This document shows positions 27,815-41,125 of a stretch of 64,000 bases of DNA, in pieces. This DNA is from Alphaproteobacteria bacterium (GTDB lineage Bacteria; Pseudomonadota; Alphaproteobacteria; Bin95). Position 1 is the stretch's first letter. Every line of letters begins with the position of its first letter. The notes beneath the pieces were generated by a model. That model was not told the origin of the DNA and did not search any database. It saw only the letters and a list, made by a program, of their open reading frames with translations. A program made the translations under genes and the position numbers. The stretch is from assembly GCA_965205265.1 (NCBI GenBank), contig CBDBGH010000003.1, positions 3,712,001 through 3,776,000 on the forward strand. The letters run 5' to 3'.

Positions 27815-28555
27815 ATGAGATCCGCGCTATCGATCATCCTTGCAGCCGCCCTGTGGGCCGTTCCGGCGGCAGGCCAGTCGCCCGAGACCTTCGCAAAGTC
27901 GAAGCGGCTCCTGGCCGGCATCCACGAGGACATCGGGCATCTGAAGACCGTTTATTGCGGCTGCCCCTACACACGCAAGGGCCGCATGGGCGGCGACATC
28001 GACCGCGACGCCTGCGGGCTGCGGGCGCGCAAGAACGAGACGCGCTCGGACCGGATCGAGTGGGAGCATGTCGTGCCCGCATCGTGGTTCGGGCGGGACC
28101 GGTCGTGCTGGACCGCGGGCCATGCGCTGTGCGTGAAGAAGAACGGCAAAGCCTTCAAGGGCAGGAAATGCTGCGAGAAGGCCGGCGTCGACCCCGAATT
28201 CCTCGGCGCGCACAACGACCCGCACAACCTCTTTCCCGCGGGCGGCGAGGTGAACGGCGACCGGTCGGCCCATCCCTACGGAATGGTGGAGGGCGAGCCC
28301 CGAAAATACGGGGCATGCGATTTCGAGGTAGGCGGACGACCGAAGGTTGCCGAGCCGGCCGATGGCGTTCGCGGAGAGATTGCCCGGGCGATGCTCTACA
28401 TGGCGGACCGGTACGGGATCGACGTGAAGATGACGCGGAACGAGCTGACCGCCTGGCATGTGGCGGACCCGCCGGACGACTGGGAACGGGAGCGGGCACG
28501 GCGGATCGAAACGGCGACGGGTCTGCGGAATCGCTTTATCGAGGAAGCGCGGTAA
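27815..28555 (+). CDS. endA: Endonuclease I family exported DNase (His-Me finger)
   Basis: Signal peptide, YCGC, RIEWEHVVPA, HNL.PA.GEVNGDRS and RG.IARA.LYM..RY. Confidence 0.9.
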   Translation: MRSALSIILAAALWAVPAAGQSPETFAKSKRLLAGIHEDIGHLKTVYCGCPYTRKGRMGGDIDRDACGLRARKNETRSDRIEWEHVVPASWFGRDRSCWTAGHALCVKKNGKAFKGRKCCEKAGVDPEFLGAHNDPHNLFPAGGEVNGDRSAHPYGMVEGEPRKYGACDFEVGGRPKVAEPADGVRGEIARAMLYMADRYGIDVKMTRNELTAWHVADPPDDWERERARRIETATGLRNRFIEEAR

Positions 28556-28790
28556 GTCCGTTTGCGACGCCGATATGCTCAGCTGGGCGGAGGAGATGCC
28601 ATGCACCGGCCGGTGGGGCATAGAATCGAATCGGATTTCCCGACAGCCTGCCCCCATTGCCTGTCCCCGCGTACTGGCGGGGAGAAGGCGGGATTCCGGG
28701 GGCCGGGAAGGTTGTCCGCACTGCAGCAGTATCCGGCATGACACTCTGCATTTCCGGTTTCCGGCGCCGGGCGTCGGGACAGCGGCGGAC

Positions 28791-29684
28791 ATGACATTGC
28801 GCAACGTCGGATATGCCATTCTGGCATTGCTTGTTCTGTGTCTGGCGCCTCCGGAAGGACTCGCCGGCGAACTGCGTATCGCGGCCTGGAACCTGGAGCA
28901 TCTGGACGATAGCGACGGCTAGGGCTGCGTCGGGCGAAACGACGCCGACTACGCCGCGCTTGCGAGGCAGGTTGAGGAACTCGATGCCGATATCGTCGCC
29001 TTCCAGGAAGTCGAGAACGCGGCGGCGGCCCACCGCGTGTTCCCGGCCTCCGACTGGCATGTCGAGATGTCGCGCCGCCCGCCGATGGAGCAAAGTCCGG
29101 CCTGCCGGGACCGGCCCGAGGCGCGTCTCGGTCATTTGGCAACGGGATTCGCGATCCGCAGAGGCGTTGCCTATCGACGGAACGAGGATCTGAGGAGCCT
29201 GGGTGAGGAGCAGGCTTTCCAGCGCTGGGGTACGGACATCACGATCCTAGAAGAAAAGAGCGAACTGCGGCTTCTTTCGGTGCATCTCAAGACCGGGTGC
29301 TGGGGCAGGAAACAGGACCGGGATAACGGGTGCCGGGAAACCTGCGCGACGCTCCGGGACCAGATCGAGCGTCTCAAGGCATGGGCCGACGCGCGTCGGG
29401 CCGAAGGTATGCCCTTCGTCATCCTGGGCGATTTCAATCGCCGGTTGGCGCTGCCGGACGACTGGGCCTGGGCGGTTCTGTCGCCACGTTCTGCGCCGCT
29501 CGTCCTGCTGACCGACGGCATCAAGTTTCGCTGTGATTCCCGCTATCCGGCATTCATCGACCATCTGGTTGCCGGGGGCGGCGCCGAAGTAATGCTGATT
29601 GGCGGCTCGTTCCGCGAGTGGCCGCGCCGGGGACCGCATCCCGACCACTGCGCGGTATCGGCGGTTTTCCGGATGGGGCGTTAG
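28791..29684 (+). pseudogene. Exported endonuclease/exonuclease/phosphatase (EEP) with one in-frame TAG
   Basis: AAWNLE, DIVAFQEV, SVHLK, GDFNR, IDH and DHC motifs all in one frame; TAG at 28920-28922. Confidence 0.85.
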
Positions 29685-29725
29685 GCGCAACTGACGCAAG
29701 AGGGGCGCCGAAGCTCTGAGCGCGA

Positions 29726-30172
29726 TCACCCGCGCTGGCCTGAGGCTCGCAGCAGCCGCTTATAGGCTCGAGTCTCGGCGAAGGCGGGGCAGGAGAACTG
29801 CGCCTTGGCCTCCGCATCGCTGACGGCCTCGCCATTGCCGGCCGGGTCGGCGCCGGCGTCCAGCGCCGCCTCGATGAAGGCGGCATTGGCGGCGTTGACG
29901 GCGTAGTTGAGAGGCTTCTGGCCGTAACCGTCGCAGGCTTCGGGATCGGCGCCGGCCTCGAACAGCGCCGCCGCCACCTCCCCGACCGGGTTGTTGTACG
30001 CAGCGTAGTGGAGCGGCGTGCAGCCGCCGGCGTCGCGGGCGTCGGGATCCGCTCCACGGGCGACCAGATCGTCGATCTCCGCCCTGTTCTCGGCCATGGC
30101 GGCGGCGACATGGATGAATTGCGCCCCGTAGCCTAGCCGGAACAGCCCATGCATGCCGTCAGCGTAGATCAT
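29726..30172 (-). CDS. Ankyrin-repeat protein (upstream region displaced by IS66)
   Basis: GADPDARD..GCTPLHYAA and GADPEACD..GQKPLNYA repeats; the ATG lies inside the IS66 TSD. Confidence 0.8.
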   Translation of the reverse strand: MIYADGMHGLFRLGYGAQFIHVAAAMAENRAEIDDLVARGADPDARDAGGCTPLHYAAYNNPVGEVAAALFEAGADPEACDGYGQKPLNYAVNAANAAFIEAALDAGADPAGNGEAVSDAEAKAQFSCPAFAETRAYKRLLRASGQRG

Positions 30173-30312
30173 TTGTAAGCGATGCGGCAGGGGCACCTTC
30201 CGCTCGGTCTCGGGATTTGAGACTCCGCTACGTTCGGGAGGACGTAGAGGAGTTTCTCCATGGAGCGCACTGCGGAGTTTCTCAGCCCGGTCGAGGTGAT
30301 CGGTGGAGTGAA

Positions 30313-32007
30313 CCTAAATCCGGCAGTTGATCGGGGCCTGGATTCGCCGTGGCCCTTGTAGACTGCGGGTATGAGCGGATTTGGATGGGGCCGAGAGGGT
30401 CACCCTGCGGGTGAGGGTTCTGGCGCTGTGCGGGACCTCGCCTGCGAGGCTGTGAAGGTGGACACCTTCGGCGGCACGGTTCACGTCGAATGGGACCCGG
30501 ATGCGGCGGTGACGCCGCTTGGCCATCTGGCGTTCTTCGCGGAATATCTGAAGGTGAGCGGTCGCTTCGAGGCGCTGGTGGCGGACTGCCCGCTCGTCTA
30601 CACGAGCCCGAACGCGCCTTCGAAGCGGGACGTTCTGGGGACGGTGCTGCTTTCGGTTCTGGCGGGCCAGTCTCGCTATGCGCACATCACGGCGCTGCGC
30701 GGGGACGGGGTGAACCCGGCGCTGTTGGGGATGGGCAAGGTCGCGAGCGAGGATTCGGTCCGGCGCGGTCTGGAGCGGATCGGGGCGGATGAGGGCACAA
30801 CGTGGCTTCAGGGCCATCTCGACGACACGGTCCGCCCGCTGCTGAGCGAGCCTTGGGTTCTGGACTGCGACACGACGATCAAGCCGCTCTACGGCCGCCA
30901 GGAGGGGGCGGTGGTGAGCTACAACCCGAAGAAGCCGGGCCGTCCCTCGCACGCCTGCCATGCGTTCCTGATGGCGGGCACGCGGCTGGTTCTGGATGTC
31001 GAGGTTGCGCCGGGCAATCATCACCGCTCGAACCGGGCGGCGCCGTCCTTGTGGGCTTTGCTGGACCGTCTCGGCCGGGACCGCTGGCCGCGCCTGGTGC
31101 GGGGGGACAAGGACTGGGGCAGCGAGGGCAACATGGCGTCGTGCGAGGCGGCGGGTCTGGACTATCTGTTCAAGCTGCGCCTGACCAGGGGCGCGCGCCG
31201 GCTTGCCGAGCGGCAGATGGCGCGGGACGGCTGGGAGGATGCGGGCCAGGGCTGGCAGGGGATCGGGGCCGATCTGCGCTTGCAGGGCTGGAGCCGGTTG
31301 CGCCGGGCCGTGGTTCTGCGCCGCCGGCTTCCGGCGACACTGGCGCTGACGCGCGGCGACACCGCCCAGGGCGAGCTGTTCTGGACCGAGGCGCAGCCCG
31401 GCACCGGGGTATGGGAGTTCGCGGTGCTGGCCACCTCGCTCGATCTGGAGGTGCGCTCTGTGGCCCAGCTCTACCGCGACCGGGCCGACGCGGAGAACGG
31501 CTTCGACGAGTTGAAGAACCAGTGGGGCTGGGGAGGCTTCACCACGCACGACCTGACGCGCTGCCGCCACATGGCCCGGCTGATCGCGCTCATCTACGAC
31601 TGGTGGAGCCTCTTCGTCCGCCTCGCCGGTCCCGAGCGCCACCGCGAGGCGATCACCAGCCGGCCGCTGCTGCTGCACGGCGTCGCCCGCCAGACCTGGC
31701 ACGCCGGCCAGCCCCGGCTGACGGTGACCTCCCACCACGGGCGGCGCGAGGCGGTGGCTGCTGCCCTGCGGCGGATCGCCGGCTTCTTCCGGACCGTGAG
31801 GCAAAATGCGGAGCAGTTGAGCGCCGAGGATCGCTGGCGCCGGATCCTCGCCGAAGCGCTCAAAAAATACCTCCACGGCCGCGAGCCGGGCCGTCAGCCC
31901 TGGCTGCCGCCCCCTCGGGCCGCGCCAGCGTGCTGAAATCGAACCCGAAATCGACCATTCCAACCGCGCCGAGAGGGCGATCACGCCCTCCAACCGCCGG
32001 ATTTAGG
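30313..32007 (+). mobile_element. IS1380-family element
   Basis: 17-bp IRs CCTAAATCCGGC(A/G)GTTG; 5-bp TSD GTGAA at 30308-30312 and 32008-32012. Confidence 0.92.
30371..31936 (+). CDS. IS1380 transposase
   Basis: LDCDTT...LYG.QEG....YNP.K.GRPS, RGD and YRDRADAEN.FDELK. Confidence 0.9.
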   Translation: MSGFGWGREGHPAGEGSGAVRDLACEAVKVDTFGGTVHVEWDPDAAVTPLGHLAFFAEYLKVSGRFEALVADCPLVYTSPNAPSKRDVLGTVLLSVLAGQSRYAHITALRGDGVNPALLGMGKVASEDSVRRGLERIGADEGTTWLQGHLDDTVRPLLSEPWVLDCDTTIKPLYGRQEGAVVSYNPKKPGRPSHACHAFLMAGTRLVLDVEVAPGNHHRSNRAAPSLWALLDRLGRDRWPRLVRGDKDWGSEGNMASCEAAGLDYLFKLRLTRGARRLAERQMARDGWEDAGQGWQGIGADLRLQGWSRLRRAVVLRRRLPATLALTRGDTAQGELFWTEAQPGTGVWEFAVLATSLDLEVRSVAQLYRDRADAENGFDELKNQWGWGGFTTHDLTRCRHMARLIALIYDWWSLFVRLAGPERHREAITSRPLLLHGVARQTWHAGQPRLTVTSHHGRREAVAAALRRIAGFFRTVRQNAEQLSAEDRWRRILAEALKKYLHGREPGRQPWLPPPRAAPAC

Positions 32008-32345
32008 GTGAAGGGTCGCCGTCGCTGGCCGGAAGAGTTGAAGGCGCGGATTGTAGCGGAGACGCTTGAGCCTGGCGCGAGGGTGGCCTCGGTAGCACGG
32101 CGTTACGATCTTCGCCCAAGCCATCTGTCGGACTGGCGTCGCAAGGCGCGGGAGGGTCGCCTGGTTTTGCCTGCAGCGGACGAGGCAGTGGAGTTTGCGC
32201 CGCTGGTGGTCCGGGCTGAAGGGCACGGCGCCGAGGCGAACGGTGGGTGTCTGGAAGTGGTTCTGGACCGGGTTACGGTCCGTCTGGATGCGGCGGTGCC
32301 GGCGGGCCGGCTGGCGGAGATCGTGTCTGCGCTGAATGCGCTGTC

Positions 32346-32699
32346 ATGATCTTCCCGTCGAACCGGGTGCGGATCGTTGTCGCAACGAAGCCCGTCGACT
32401 TCCGCCGCCAGCACGACGGCCTTGTCGCGCATGTGAAGGGCGCGCTGCGGCGGGACCCGTTCACCGGCACGGTATACGTCTTTCGATCGAGGCGAGCTGA
32501 CAGGCTGAAGCTGGTCTTCTGGGACGGGACCGGGCTGGTGCTGATCTACAAGCGTCTGGAGGACCAGGGCTTTGTATGGCCGGCGATCCGCGACGGGGTG
32601 ATGTCGCTGAGCCATGCGCAGTTCGAGGCCTTGTTCGCGGGCCTGGACTGGCGTCGCGTGCGGGCGCTGTCGGCGCGGCGCCCGGCTGAGGCGGAGTGA
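32346..32699 (+). CDS. tnpB: IS66 TnpB
   Basis: Close paralog of 9549..9902. Confidence 0.92.
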   Translation: MIFPSNRVRIVVATKPVDFRRQHDGLVAHVKGALRRDPFTGTVYVFRSRRADRLKLVFWDGTGLVLIYKRLEDQGFVWPAIRDGVMSLSHAQFEALFAGLDWRRVRALSARRPAEAE

Positions 32700-32754
32700 C
32701 TCAGCCGGTGGATCGGGGCGTCCGGCTCCGCGACACTGTGCTACCAAGCGAGCC

Positions 32755-34356
32755 ATGGCTGCGCTTGCGGAGATCGACCTTGAAACGCTGACACCCGAAC
32801 AGCGGGAAGCGGCGGTGCAGGCGATCATGGCGCTGGAGACGCTTCGCACCGAGAACGAGGTGTTGACGGACCGCAATGAGGCGCAGTCCGAGCGCATCCG
32901 CCGTCTCGAACACCTGGTGCGCGAGCTGCAGCGCGTTATCTACGGGAAAAGGTCGGAGAAGCTGACGGCGGACGAGCGCCAGCTGGCGTTCGAGGACCTT
33001 GTTGCGGCGGCGGAAGAGATCGAGGAAGCGATCACGCCGGCCGATCCGGCGCCGGCCCAATCGCCGAAGCGTCCTCGCCCGGCGCGCAATCTCGGCCATT
33101 TGCCGGACCACCTGGAGCGGATCGAGCAGGTGATCGAGCCGGAGAGCACGCTCTGCCCCTGCGGCTGCGGGGAAATGGCGAAGATCGGCGAGGATCGCAC
33201 GGAGCGCCTGGACATCGTGCCGGCGCAGTTGCGGGTGATCGTCACGGTGCGCCCGAAATACGCCTGCCGCCGGTGTGAGGAAGGCGTGACCCAGGCGCCG
33301 GCGCCGGCCCGGCTGATCGAAGGGGCGCTGCCGACCGAAGGCGCTATCGCGCATGTGCTGGTCTCGAAATACGCCGATCATTGTCCGTTGCACCGTCAGA
33401 CGCAGATCTATGCCCGCTCAGGCCTCGATCTGGACCGCTCGACGCTGGCCGGCTGGGTCGGCAAGGCCTCGTTCCACCTCAGGCCGGTGGTTGACCGCCT
33501 GGCACGGCACCTGAAACGGTCGTCCAAGCTCTTCATGGATGAGACGCGGGCGCCGGTGCTCGATCCGGGCCGCGGCAGGACGAAGACCGGCTGGTTATGG
33601 GCGCTGGCCCGCGACGACCGTTCCTGGGGCGGGCCCGATCCACCGGGCGTCGTCTACTTCTACGCCCCCGGGCGCGGCGGCGAACATGCGGAGCGCTTCC
33701 TTGATGGCTTCGACGGCATCCTGCAGGTCGATGGCTATGCCGGCTACAGCCGGCTGGCCGGACCGAGCCGCAAGGGCGGCGCGCCGCTGCGGCTGGCCTA
33801 CTGTTGGGCCCATTGTCGGCGCCGGCTTCGCGAAATCCACGACAGCAGCGGCTCGGAAATCGCAGCCGAGGGCTTACGCCGGATCGCCGAACTCTACGCC
33901 ATCGAGGCCGATATACGCGGCAGCCCGCCGGAGCTGCGCCTCGCCGAACGGCAAACGCGCTCCGCGCCCCTGGTCGAGGCCTTCGGCGAATGGCTGACGC
34001 AGCAGCGCGTCCGCGTCTCGCCCAAGTCCCGGCTCGGCGAAAAGCTCGCCTATATCGCCCGTCATTGGGACGGCCTCCGGATCTTCCTCGACGACGGCCG
34101 CGTCGAAATGGATAGCAATGCCGTCGAAAACAGCCTGCGGCCCGTGGTCCTTACACGGAAAAACGCCTTGTTCGCCGGTCACGACGACGGCGCCGCCGCC
34201 TGGGGACGCATAGCATCCCTCATCCAGACGGCGAAGTTGAACGAGGTCGAGCCACACGCCTGGCTCAAGGCCACACTCGAAGCCATCGCAGCCGGTCATC
34301 CCAATGACCGCCTCGATGAACTGCTTCCCTGGAACTTCAAGCCGTCGTCAAGCTGA
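32755..34356 (+). CDS. tnpC: IS66 transposase TnpC
   Basis: Close paralog of 9958..11601 with intact DDE motifs. Confidence 0.95.
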   Translation: MAALAEIDLETLTPEQREAAVQAIMALETLRTENEVLTDRNEAQSERIRRLEHLVRELQRVIYGKRSEKLTADERQLAFEDLVAAAEEIEEAITPADPAPAQSPKRPRPARNLGHLPDHLERIEQVIEPESTLCPCGCGEMAKIGEDRTERLDIVPAQLRVIVTVRPKYACRRCEEGVTQAPAPARLIEGALPTEGAIAHVLVSKYADHCPLHRQTQIYARSGLDLDRSTLAGWVGKASFHLRPVVDRLARHLKRSSKLFMDETRAPVLDPGRGRTKTGWLWALARDDRSWGGPDPPGVVYFYAPGRGGEHAERFLDGFDGILQVDGYAGYSRLAGPSRKGGAPLRLAYCWAHCRRRLREIHDSSGSEIAAEGLRRIAELYAIEADIRGSPPELRLAERQTRSAPLVEAFGEWLTQQRVRVSPKSRLGEKLAYIARHWDGLRIFLDDGRVEMDSNAVENSLRPVVLTRKNALFAGHDDGAAAWGRIASLIQTAKLNEVEPHAWLKATLEAIAAGHPNDRLDELLPWNFKPSSS

Positions 34357-34615
34357 AAGCCGGCTGCCTCGCCCGCACCGCATACGATCATTTCGGCAGA
34401 GTGCAATCCTTCCCGCTGATTAGGAAACCGTGACCCGTAAATTCCCGCTGAGCGAAGCGAGGATATGGCAGGGCCGACCGGGATTGTAAGTAGGCGCCCG
34501 GCGCGTGTGTCGACAAATCGACAACGCGCTACGCAGAATCAGGACTCTCATTGTGAAGGAGGGAGCATAAGGGCCCAAGTCAAGCGACTTATGTTCCATT
34601 TCAGGAAGGCCTCCA

Positions 34616-36046
34616 CTATGGATTCGGATTAAGGACCGGACGGGATGCGCAAACCGTCAGTGCTCTTGAGCCGCGAGTCATAGCGACATAGAGATTCTTG
34701 GCGTCCAGAGCATCGGCATTGAGAATCACCGCTACTGCTGCCTCCAACCCCTTCAACAGCAACGTGCTGCCCACTGCGCGCTTGGGCAGCGGCCTACCTA
34801 CAAGCCGATTCTGCTCTCGCATCCGAATGGCCGCATCTTGAAACGAAAGTCCCTCCGTTCCTTCGCATAGTTGAAGCGCCCGGATGCACGACCGCAGGAC
34901 AGCAGGTCGGTGTGTGCTGACGCCAGCTTCCCTGCCGATCTCGACCAAGACATCAACTGCGGAGCCATGGGATGGTGATCGAACAAACGACAAAGCGGTC
35001 TGCTCGACCTCTGTTGGCGGATTGCGTGCAGTGCCGCGCGTCAACGACTGCACCCGCTTCAGCAGATCTGCGGCCCCGACATTCCGCATGACGCTTTGCG
35101 CAAAGTTGGCGAGACGCTTTAGTGCGTCGGGCGAAGCGAGATCGAAGTTTTTCGCGAAAGCGACCAGGTCTCCCAGGTCGACGGCCTCGACCGCCACGGC
35201 GCCGGGTGTCTGGCTCGCAAAACGCCGCTGGGCGTCGGGGTTTTTGCTGTCCCCAATGATGAGGACACCTCCCTGACCGCCTGGCGGGTTCATTCTGGCC
35301 GCCTGCAAGCGTCGCTTGTAATCTTCGGCGGTGCCATCGAGACGGACCCAGCTCACGCCGGGCGGCGCATTCCATAGGTCTATGCTTTCGCCATCCAATA
35401 GCTTCGCCCGCGCTTCGAGCAACCAACTTCCCAGCGGCTCCGCGCCAGCGTTAATCCACCGCCAAGGCGTATCCAACTGACCGGCCAGCGGAAAACAGGA
35501 GCAAACATGCTCATCCCACTTTGCTAATTCGTCACCACCGAAGCCGAAGATCGCCTGCATTGGATCGCCGAGTACACAGGTTGGCAGCATCTGCGCCGCA
35601 TACGCCACCACGGCGTGCTGTCGGATCGAGCAATCCTGGTATTCGTCCACAATGAGCCGAGCGTAACTTGCGGTGACAATGTCATTAACGTGGCCCGCCT
35701 TGAGCAGTTTGGCCGCAGCAACGCGAATGTTGGGATAGTCGGTTCGAGGATGCGCAAGTTGCAGCAGATCAGCCTTGTGCGCGCTCCGCGCCGGGAACGT
35801 CCAGATGAGCCGCATGGCCCAGCCGTCAATAGTCGAGAGTCGATACGCCTTTGGAGGAACGCCCGCATGATCGAGCCGCCCTCGCAGAGCAACGACTCCG
35901 GCATTCGTATGCGTCAGCACGAGTATCGGCTTGCGACCGCTGTGACGAGTCAAGGCTTCGGCAATCAACTGGGTTTTCCCGCAGCCTGCGGGTGCTGTCA
36001 CGGTGCCCCGATCGATTGCCAGCAAGTCGATGTCATTAGCAGGCAT
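34616..36046 (-). CDS. gajB: UvrD-like helicase (Gabija GajB-like)
   Basis: APAGCGKT, LTHTN, VDEYQD, GDP.QAIF, KGLE and YVA.TR. Confidence 0.82.
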   Translation of the reverse strand: MPANDIDLLAIDRGTVTAPAGCGKTQLIAEALTRHSGRKPILVLTHTNAGVVALRGRLDHAGVPPKAYRLSTIDGWAMRLIWTFPARSAHKADLLQLAHPRTDYPNIRVAAAKLLKAGHVNDIVTASYARLIVDEYQDCSIRQHAVVAYAAQMLPTCVLGDPMQAIFGFGGDELAKWDEHVCSCFPLAGQLDTPWRWINAGAEPLGSWLLEARAKLLDGESIDLWNAPPGVSWVRLDGTAEDYKRRLQAARMNPPGGQGGVLIIGDSKNPDAQRRFASQTPGAVAVEAVDLGDLVAFAKNFDLASPDALKRLANFAQSVMRNVGAADLLKRVQSLTRGTARNPPTEVEQTALSFVRSPSHGSAVDVLVEIGREAGVSTHRPAVLRSCIRALQLCEGTEGLSFQDAAIRMREQNRLVGRPLPKRAVGSTLLLKGLEAAVAVILNADALDAKNLYVAMTRGSRALTVCASRPVLNPNP

Positions 36047-37766
36047 CGCCCGCCCACATAAAGATGCTCTCTACCAGTTCCCTTAGACCGGTGTTGGCGT
36101 CCGGGAGGTCGGGTCCGACGATGTCACGGGCAGCATCCTCCATCCATGTAACCGACTTGAACCAGCCGCCCTTCTTCGACCGTGCGGCCTTGCCAAGGAC
36201 AGTGCGGCTTTCTGGCGTTATCCCGTGAAGGAAGTCTTCGAAACGGATGTTTTCTAGATCTTTTGCATTCTGCGAAGCCGACTTTATGTGGTCGTTCACC
36301 AACTCTTCGCCGTGCAATTCGACCGCTCGGTCGAGAAGTTTGCAAACACCATCATCCGTCAGACTCAAGAATAGTTCGTCTTCCAACGCCCGCCCATCGC
36401 GCCATGCGAAAACCGTTCCGCCGCCGGCGATGAAAGCGTCCTCAATTTCTGTGGTCGGTTTCTTGTCGTCGTCCCTGACGACTGCCGCTCGATACCCCAG
36501 AGCATGAAAGGCAGCCGCGCGCCGAAAGGGCCTGTCAGCATCGCCACCACTGCTATCGACCAAGGCAGTCCCATGTGCCGTGATGGCATTGTGGCCATTC
36601 GCCGTCCGGTGCTGATCAAGCCCGCGTATTAGGCCAACTTCGCTGGCACCCTCGCAGACAATGACATTCGGCGCGAGAAAGGCGTCGGGGTACAGGCGGA
36701 TCGTGCTCTGGATGCCATCGGCCTTGCCGACGGCATAAATCCGATGCCTCTCGGCTCCGCCGCGCGTCACAAACAATTGGTCTCCCGACAGCTCGCGCAG
36801 CGCAACCGGCGAATGCGTAGTCATGAAGACCTGTAGTGGCGGCGGCGTCTCTTTCGCGCCCAGAGAACCAAGGAGGCGGATGATTCGGTGCGCCTCCAGT
36901 CCGTGCTCCAACTCGTCGATCAGGATGATGGAGGACCACTCCGCCGCCTTCCGCTGGAGGCCCGCGATGAGCAAACGTGTCGAACCGATACCCAGCCCGC
37001 GCAGCGGCACGCCGCCCTCATCGTGCAGGGAGATGGTCCCTCCGCTGAACGACACGGAGTGGGTATCCAGCATGGCTCTGACGTTCTCGCCGATGGGAAT
37101 GCCAAGCTCCTTCGCGGTGGCCGCGACGATGCCTAGCGTCTCGCCCAACTGACCCTGCGCCTGATCGCCGAAGGCGGACCGGGCGTCGCGGGCGGCCTTG
37201 GCCAGAGCCGCCGACGAATCCGCGCGTTCCTCCGAGACCCGGTTCAGCACGGAACCGCGCCGCCAGCCCAGGTGATAGTCAGCCATTACGCCGATGCGTG
37301 TCGGGGCAAGCCGAACGCGATCGCTCCAGGCTAGATTCCGCGCCACTCCCTGTGCTTCGGCTCGTTGAGACACTAACGTCCATGATGGCTCAAGATCGCT
37401 TGCAACAGTGAGCTTCACCGTTAGTACGGTCTCGGCATCCCGCTCCGGTTCGTCCTCGATATTTTTGGTCTCGGCGTCATACCCCCGGACGTACATGCCG
37501 TAGGAGTCGAGGTTCTTCAGGTCGTCATCGAGTTCGCCGACGGTGATCGCGATAGTGATTGGGGTCTCAACATCGAGCAGGTGGAAGTCAGCATCGGTGA
37601 ACTGGATGCTCCGTCGCGCCCCGAGGCACAAATCCAACGCATCGAGAACGGATGACTTTCCACTGTCACCGGGGCCAACCAAGCAATTGATTCCGGCAGC
37701 CGGATACCAAGTCAGCTCCTTGATACCCCGAAAATTTCTTATTTCTACTGCCCGAACCCTTGCCAC
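36036..37766 (-). CDS. gajA: OLD-family ABC-ATPase/Toprim nuclease (Gabija GajA-like)
   Basis: I.NFRGI, GPGDSGKS, IDELE, TTHSP, VCEGASE and RDDD. Confidence 0.85.
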   Translation of the reverse strand: MARVRAVEIRNFRGIKELTWYPAAGINCLVGPGDSGKSSVLDALDLCLGARRSIQFTDADFHLLDVETPITIAITVGELDDDLKNLDSYGMYVRGYDAETKNIEDEPERDAETVLTVKLTVASDLEPSWTLVSQRAEAQGVARNLAWSDRVRLAPTRIGVMADYHLGWRRGSVLNRVSEERADSSAALAKAARDARSAFGDQAQGQLGETLGIVAATAKELGIPIGENVRAMLDTHSVSFSGGTISLHDEGGVPLRGLGIGSTRLLIAGLQRKAAEWSSIILIDELEHGLEAHRIIRLLGSLGAKETPPPLQVFMTTHSPVALRELSGDQLFVTRGGAERHRIYAVGKADGIQSTIRLYPDAFLAPNVIVCEGASEVGLIRGLDQHRTANGHNAITAHGTALVDSSGGDADRPFRRAAAFHALGYRAAVVRDDDKKPTTEIEDAFIAGGGTVFAWRDGRALEDELFLSLTDDGVCKLLDRAVELHGEELVNDHIKSASQNAKDLENIRFEDFLHGITPESRTVLGKAARSKKGGWFKSVTWMEDAARDIVGPDLPDANTGLRELVESIFMWAGDAC

Positions 37767-37942
37767 ACCGCGTCCCCCCGTGTGGGTTCATCACCCGACT
37801 GGCGACCATAGTCGCCCCGGCAAGTGCGAAACAGCGACAATCGGCGCGACCTGACGGCACCTGGATCGCGCTTCCGGCGGCCTGCCGGAAACCGAACCGT
37901 GGGCTGCGCGGGAGGCCGTGCGCCAAGGCGCGGCCCGATCCC

Positions 37943-41086
<3,144 letters not shown>

Positions 41087-41125
41087 CAAACGACTAGCCT
41101 GCCCGGTGCCAATTCGGGGCGCGAA

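Larger units (their letters stand above)
30260..32349 (+). pseudogene. tnpA: IS66 tnpA interrupted by IS1380
   Basis: MERTAEFLSPVEVIGGV|KGRRRWPEELKARIVAETL restored on removing 30313-32012. Confidence 0.9.
30175..34385 (+). mobile_element. IS66-family element, copy 2 (contains IS1380)
   Basis: Termini GTAAGCGATGCG.. and ..CGCACCGCATAC; 8-bp TSD GATCATTT at 30167-30174 and 34386-34393. Confidence 0.95.

Noticed and set aside
28920-28922. Pyrrolysine or programmed readthrough of the EEP amber codon
   Set aside because: No pyl genes are in the window, other genes here end in TAG, and a single G>T change explains it.
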